DNA from: Eledone cirrhosa
Lineage: Eukaryota
Reading direction: 5' to 3'
DNA: 64,000 nucleotides
Assembly (NCBI GenBank): GCA_964016885.1
Contig: CAXHJY010001150.1
Coordinates: 124,001 to 188,000, forward strand
A model generated the notes under the pieces. The model was not told where the DNA came from and did not search any database. It saw only the letters and a program-made list of their open reading frames with translations. Positions 57,895 through 64,000 of the stretch are shown here, one piece after another (within the stretch, counting starts at the first letter, position 1; every line of letters starts with the position of its first letter). The translations under genes were made by a program, and so were the position numbers.

Positions 57895-58890
57895 TATCCA
57901 TCTGTATTTTCTGAGAAAGTGTGTATATATGTCTGTTTTCCCTGAGAAAGTGTGTAAATGTGCCTTGTATTTTCTGAGAAAGTATATATATATATGTCTG
58001 TATTTTCTGAGAAAGTATGTATATGTGTCTTTATTTTCTGAGAAAGTGTGTATATAGGTCTGTATTTTCTGAGAAAGTATGTATATATGTCTTTATTTTC
58101 TGAGAAAGTGTGTATATAAGTCTGTATTTTCTGAGAAAGTGTATATATAAAGGCTTAGAATTTGCATCACCAGTCTGGAACCCCTATCTTGCTCAGAACA
58201 TTGACCGCCTGGAAACTGTTCAGAGACGTGCAACCAAGCGAATACCCTCCATCAGGCATCTACCATACTCTGAACGCCTTGCTTCTCTGGGCATGGATAC
58301 ATTGAAGCTCCGACGCCTGGCGACTGACTTGGTAAACACCCACAAAATTGTTAACCATCTTGCCAACAATAACCCTGAGTACCTTTTTGATTTACATGTG
58401 TCTAACACATGTGGACATGCCCACAAAGTCAGAAAACAGCACAGTTCCCATGACTTTCGGAAACATTTTTTCATGCTCAGAGTTGCTGAAGCATGGAACA
58501 AACTACCTGCATCGGTTGTTAGCTGTTGAGATGCATCCTTTAAAACCTCCATGCTTCCAAAGATTCGCCAACACTACACCTAATGTCCCCCCTCCATACA
58601 CATACACACATGTATATCATGCCTCATATACTATTCACTTCCCTGACATTTGTATATTATTCTATGTACTATACATGCACCTTTGACGAGTTGTAGTGCA
58701 CCTGAGCACTTTACACAATAATTTCATTGTTATTATTATTATTATATATATGTCTGTATTTTCTGAGAAAGTATATATATATATATATATATATGTCAGT
58801 ATTTTCTGAGAAAGTGTGTATATATATGTCTTTATTTTCTGAGAAAGTGTATATATGTGTCTGTATTTTCTCTCAGAAAGTATATATATA
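57895..58890. repeat. ~31-bp minisatellite (TGTCTGTATTTTCTGAGAAAGTGTGTATATA) split by a CR1 insertion
   Basis: Units at 57895-58150 and 58748-58890. Confidence 0.85.
58152..58745 (+). mobile_element. CR1-clade LINE 3' fragment
   Basis: LEFASPVWNP..LETVQRRATK..YSERL..L..RR..DL..FF..RV..WNKLP; (ATT)n tail. Confidence 0.9.
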
Positions 58891-58977
58891 TATATATACA
58901 CGTTTTCTTCTAAGAACAGAGAAATCTTTTAATGAGGTTTATTATTAAGTTTTCATTTCTTCAAAATTTATTTTCAG

Positions 58978-59059
58978 TTGTATCAGCCTCTGCTAGGAAA
59001 GTCTCTTGCTATGATTTTCCAGAAAAGAAGTACACGAACTCGAGTTTCTTCTGAAACAG
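58978..59059 (+). CDS. OTC: OTC exon 3 (LYQPLLGKSLAMIFQKRSTRTRVSSETG)
   Basis: Carbamoyl-phosphate-binding STRT motif; TTTTCAG/GTAAAG splice sites; 82 nt. Confidence 0.96.
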
Positions 59060-60438
59060 GTAAAGTAAAGTAAATACAACAAGCTTTATGAGGCCATTTC
59101 CCCTGCTAACGTAAGGGTTAGCTAGCTACCTGAACTGCACAAGTTTTGCTATTTTGCCCTATTGGCTGCATCTGCCTTCACCAAGCTCCTAGCTTTCATA
59201 GTCTCCTCCATCATCTTTAACCATGATAGGATCTGTCTCCATGTGGGGGCACTGAATTTTACTGCAACCCCCACCTATGTTTTAATGGTGCACCCTCAGT
59301 CTTAGAGAATAGAGTTTATATAAAAAAAACGTCCTGAAATACTTTCCTTGAAGTCTCGACTTTACTAACTTTACGTGTCAAAACAAGAACAAAGAACACA
59401 AATAAATTAAAAAATAACAAACAAAAAGGCTGATCAAAAACTTCCCTGAGTACCAAAGCCTAGTGAAGGGCTTGGCCATGACTTTTGTTGTGTTCCTCTT
59501 CATATACTTCCTTCCACATTCATTTCTATCAGTTCTCAAACAACATGGTTTGAACAAGTAGAGATTCTTACAATGTATTAAATATATCGTTTATGCGATT
59601 AAGTTAGATATGGCCTGGGCCAATACTGGTCGAAACCTATCAAAGTTATGTATTAACGATGGTATTTACATTGCAGGTGGTATTCTTTTCTATTACAACC
59701 ATTGTTGTCATGGCTGGTATGGTGTTGTTGAAGCGTTGCTAGTCATTCCTCAACCTGAAAGACTAATGAAACTAATCAAACCTATGAGACAGAGCATGAC
59801 AAAATTTCCATTATTAGTCTGTTAATAACAATACAAGGGAAATAAATCTTACGAATCCTGAATTACCTGCCTTGCTTATATATGTCAAGCAACTGCATTG
59901 ATGTTGTCCCTCGAGCTGTCTAGGAAGATGGTGTTGTTATTGGACCTCTGTCTGTTCCAACAACAAGAGTTCCATGAAACAAAACCTTCTATTTTAAAGG
60001 GTTCGCATTTAAATTATAACATTCCAATATAATTTTTATAAGAACCATTTGTTAACTCTTTCATTGCAATATTTATTACAAGACATACTGTATTGCAATT
60101 AATTAATGAAGAAGCTAGAGGGATTTACTAAAGTAATGAATTATTTTTTTATTAAGATTGTATTTGTAATATAATTTAACAAACGGCTCTCATGTCAAAT
60201 TATACTGGAAGATTTGAATTTAAATAGGAACCATTTAAAATAGGTTCCTTCGCTTCATAGAACCAGAGGCAGTTTTAGGCTGCTTGGTTTAATGATGAAA
60301 TAATTATATTTTAGTAAAGTTCTTCATTAATTGATTGAAGTACAGTGTACACTATTAGAAATATAGTCATGAAATCATTAAAAAATCTTCATTTACAGTC
60401 TGCATAGAGTGAAGTTTTACACTTTTTTTTGTCTCCAG

Positions 60439-60526
60439 GAATTGGCCTTCTAGGAGGTCAATCTGTTTTTCTTGGGCCAGAAGATGTCCACATTGGTGTC
60501 AATGAAAGCATCAAAGACTCTGCTCG
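60439..60526 (+). CDS. OTC: OTC exon 4 (IGLLGGQSVFLGPEDVHIGVNESIKDSAR)
   Basis: LGG..H.GVNES..D.AR motif; canonical splice sites; 88 nt. Confidence 0.96.
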
Positions 60527-60784
60527 GTAATTACTTTTCTAGGTTACTTTGGTTCTATTTGATCTGTTGCACTCTTACAACAATAGTTCTATTTTCTACA
60601 ATTGTGTGCCTCAGGATGTTGATCTTTTTGACACTGAGGTAAGAAATTTCTTCTATTTTATGTCACCCCATTGCATATACTTTTGAATAATATGAAAGCA
60701 TGTAATATAACTGGGAGAGATTAATATGGTATGTTTGTATTGAATTATTTCAAATTGTGGAGGTCTAGGAAACTGTCATTATAA

Positions 60785-61210
60785 TAATTTTCTATCTTTG
60801 GTACAAGGCCAGCAATTAACTCAGTGCATTACTGGTGCTTTATTTTATCAACCTCATAAGGATGAGTTAACCTTGGCGGGATTTCAACTCAGAATATAAA
60901 GGGCCATAACTCTATGCTGCAAAGCATGTTGTCTGACACTCTAGTGATACTGTCAATCCGCCACCCTGTCATTATAATAATGGTTTCTGATTTAGGTGCA
61001 AGACCAACAATTTTGGGGGAAGAGAAAGCCTATTAAATTGACACCAGTGCATTACCGGTATTTTATCAACCCCGTAAGGATAAAAGGCAAGGTTGACCTT
61101 GCAATTTGAACACAGAATGTAAAGAGCTATAAATAAAATAATGGTTTCTGATTTAGGCAGAAGACCAACAATTTTGGGAATGGGAAAAGTTGATTAAATC
61201 GACCCCAGAG
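60785..61210 (-). mobile_element. Tandem Nin/Deu-like SINE copies
   Basis: Same motifs as 44697-44882. Confidence 0.75.
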
Positions 61211-61589
61211 TACCTGACAGAAAGTCAAATGATCAGAAATATATTGAGAGGATAAGATGAGCAATTTCATTGGACCTCAATACTTAACTGGTCCTATATT
61301 TTATTGAGGTCCTTTTGTTTATCACTGTCAATTTTATCATCAATGTTTTCATATTGACTTTTCTATACTGGCATGGGTGGATGGGACTTCTTGAGGTAAT
61401 GCTTTACAACCAGATGCTCTTCCTGACTCAAACCCTGTTAGTTACTTATTATAAAATGCAGGGATATACTGTATCTACCTAAACCAGATACATACAGCCT
61501 ATTGGATACAAGGATGTTGGAAATTTCTTTAATGATAGTAGTTCTTAACACATGGCTTTGGATTAAATGATTGTTTTTCATCTTTGCAG

Positions 61590-61743
61590 TGTTCTCTCCC
61601 GAATGTGTGATGTAATTTTAGCAAGAGTCTATGAACATGACATAATTGATTCACTAGCTGCAGAAAGTTCTATTCCTGTGATAAATGGACTCTCTGACCT
61701 TTACCATCCACTGCAGATTCTTGCTGACTTGCTCACTCTTCAG
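61590..61743 (+). CDS. OTC: OTC exon 5 ([37 protein letters not shown])
   Basis: HPxQ motif; canonical splice sites; 154 nt. Confidence 0.97.
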
Positions 61744-61779
61744 GTAACACTATGTTACTAATTATCACCTTTAGGCTGT

Positions 61780-62140
61780 ATGACACCTGAGTGTGAAGTG
61801 TGATTCTGCATGGTAGTGAAACATAGACAGTGACAGCTTCTGCTATCTAGGTAACCTAATTAGCAGCAAAGGAGGGTGCTTCGAGAGCATAATAGCTAGA
61901 ATAAAGATAGGATGGAAGAAGTTTAGAGAGCTACTCCCACTGTTGACAACAAAAGGTTTCTCCCTACGAACAAAAGGACTACAAAGCCTGTGTGCGAAGC
62001 TAGTGAAACATGGGCTGTGACTGCAGAGGATATGTGTAGGCTTGAGAGAAATAAAGCTACCATGCTTCATTGGATGTGCAATGTAAATGTGAGAGAAAGG
62101 CTGAGCTTGGATGAACTAAGGGAGAATCTGGTTTAAGAGG
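61780..62140 (+). mobile_element. RTE LINE RT C-terminal fragment
   Basis: IARIKIGWKKFRELLPLL..SETWAV..LER..ML.WMCNV. Confidence 0.75.
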
Positions 62141-62669
62141 AATGACACTATACAAAATCTATCAATTGGAATAAATATCTTATAGTCAATGATAATATCC
62201 TATAGTCAAGTGGACTGGGTGCTTTTTGTTGTGTTGCCAACACAGCCACTTTACAGTGTGGACTAGGCATTTTTGCTGTGGCACAAAACGACCACTTTAC
62301 AGTGTAGGCTCGGCGCCTTTTATCGCGGTAGTAAGATGATCAGTTTACAATGTTGACTAGGCATTTTTGCTGTGGCACAAAACGACCATTTTACAGTGTG
62401 GATTGGGTACTTTTGTTGTGGTGTCTCCAACACGACTACTTTACAGGTTGAGCTGGGAGCTTTTGTCATGTTGTCAACTTGTCCACTTTACAGGTTGAGC
62501 TGGGCGATTATAAGAGAAATATAATTTTAATAACCCCTTGAAATATTTCAGCAAATTCCAATGTTATTAGAAAGAAAAGGGAAATAACTATGAGTGGGAA
62601 TCGGACCTTTGTTACAGAACTGATTTAGTTGTAGCTTATCACATATGTGGCACTCACTATACACATACA

Positions 62670-63080
62670 TCCCTCTCCATCTCACATGCATAGAGTCCCT
62701 ATTTCTCCTCTTTCTTCCTCTCCATCTCACATGCATAGAGTCCCTATTTCTCCTCTTTCTTCCTCTCCATCTCACAGGCATATAGTCCCTATTTCTCCTC
62801 TTTCTTCCTCTCCATCTCACAGGCATATAGTCCCTATTTCTCCCTCTCCATCTCACAGGCATATAGTCCCTATTTCTCCTCTTTCTTCCTCTCCATCTCA
62901 CAGGCATATAGTCCCTATTTCTCCTCTTTCTTCCTCTCCATCTCACAGGCATATAGTCCCTATTTCTCCTCTTTCTCCCTCTCCATCTCACAGGCATATA
63001 GTCCCTATTTCTCCCTCTCTTTCTTCCTCTCCATCTCACAGGCATATAATCCCTATTTCTCCCTCCTCTCTTACACATGC
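62670..63080. repeat. 45-bp minisatellite (CTCCATCTCACAGGCATATAGTCCCTATTTCTCCTCTTTCTTCCT)
   Basis: About 9 tandem units. Confidence 0.9.
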
Positions 63081-63540
63081 ATGTAGTCTCTATTTTTCCT
63101 TTTTCCCCTCTCACATGAATACAATCCCTATTTCTTTTCTCTCTCTCTCATACGTATATAGTCCTTACTTCTCATCTTCTCTCTTTATTAACAGTCAATG
63201 TCTTTATAAACCATTTAATAATTACACCTGCTTTCTTTCCAATATAGTTTAGTTGTTTAGTCCCAGGTTTATCCTGATTCAGCAGACATGATCAAAGGCA
63301 TTCCAACCATGGCAATCCTGTCTTTTTTTTAGGTAGTGTATCTTGGACCACATTATACAATGTGTCATTTTTTAAAAAGGCAGTAGGGTGTAATGTAAGG
63401 GATATGTGACTGCTATTTCTAGCAGGTCAAGCAACCACATAGAAGCTATTTTGTTAGCTTGTCCAAAATAGTTTGTTTATTTCAGTGTGAATTTCTTCAT
63501 GTTAATCCTATTTATTTTCCTTATGTTTCCATGATTCCAG

Positions 63541-63663
63541 GAACATTTTGGTGAACTGAAGAACTTGAAGTTAGCTTGGGTTGGTGATGGTAACAACATT
63601 ATTCACTCTTTGATGATTGCTTGTGCCAAGCTTGGAATGGAAATACGGATTGCTACACCAATG
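63541..63663 (+). CDS. OTC: OTC exon 6 (EHFGELKNLKLAWVGDGNNIIHSLMIACAKLGMEIRIATPM); the gene continues beyond the window
   Basis: WVGDGNN motif; CAG/GTAATT splice sites; 123 nt. Confidence 0.97.
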
Positions 63664-64000
63664 GTAATTTTTTTTATTGTTGCTATTTTCATAATAAAGG
63701 ACAGTATTTCTGTGAATGCTAATCTTTGTGTGGTGTTTCTGTGAATACCTCTAATAATTAGTAGATTTTCTCTTGCCTGCTGGAGCCAGCGCAGAAGCCC
63801 CAATTGCTCATAATAGTGAGAGATGGGGAGAGCGGGAGTCACAAAGTGACAGTGGGAGTTTGGTTCTTTTGTGTTCAGACCTGGTGTATATGTATAAACT
63901 ATTTTAAATAGAATCATTGCTAAAGATATTTACTGAACGTCTCTGAGTGACAGTTTAATAATTGCATTTCTGATTTAGGCACAAGGTCAACAATTGTGTG

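Overview
Repeat-rich animal genomic DNA, probably a coleoid cephalopod (octopod). This assignment is inferred from the huge (TA)n arrays and the SINE, RTE and Penelope content, not proven. From left to right: a 3-kb C-rich 16-bp satellite containing the telomere hexamer CTAACC; a C/A-rich 116-bp repeat; a near full-length but decayed L1/Tx1-type LINE (ORF1, then APE-RT-Zn ORF2); micro- and minisatellites; and several 5'-truncated Penelope-like elements (PLEs; YRDD RT plus Naiad-like GIY-YIG) with inverted pseudo-LTRs. Further right lie Helitron-like elements, opposed (CCA)n/(TGG)n arrays, a 5.5-kb 41-bp satellite and exons 1-6 of a mitochondrial ornithine transcarbamylase (OTC) gene with a 17-kb first intron. 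Four observations stand out. (1) About 12 well-formed type I hammerhead ribozyme motifs from at least 5 sequence families were read by eye. (2) Two perfect palindromic, non-coding ribozyme-only insertions fold back at the same CATATG site. (3) Three sense-strand hammerheads lie inside OTC intron 1. (4) One PLE endonuclease copy carries what looks like ADAR-type A-to-G hypermutation fixed in genomic DNA. All calls were made by eye; no searches were run.
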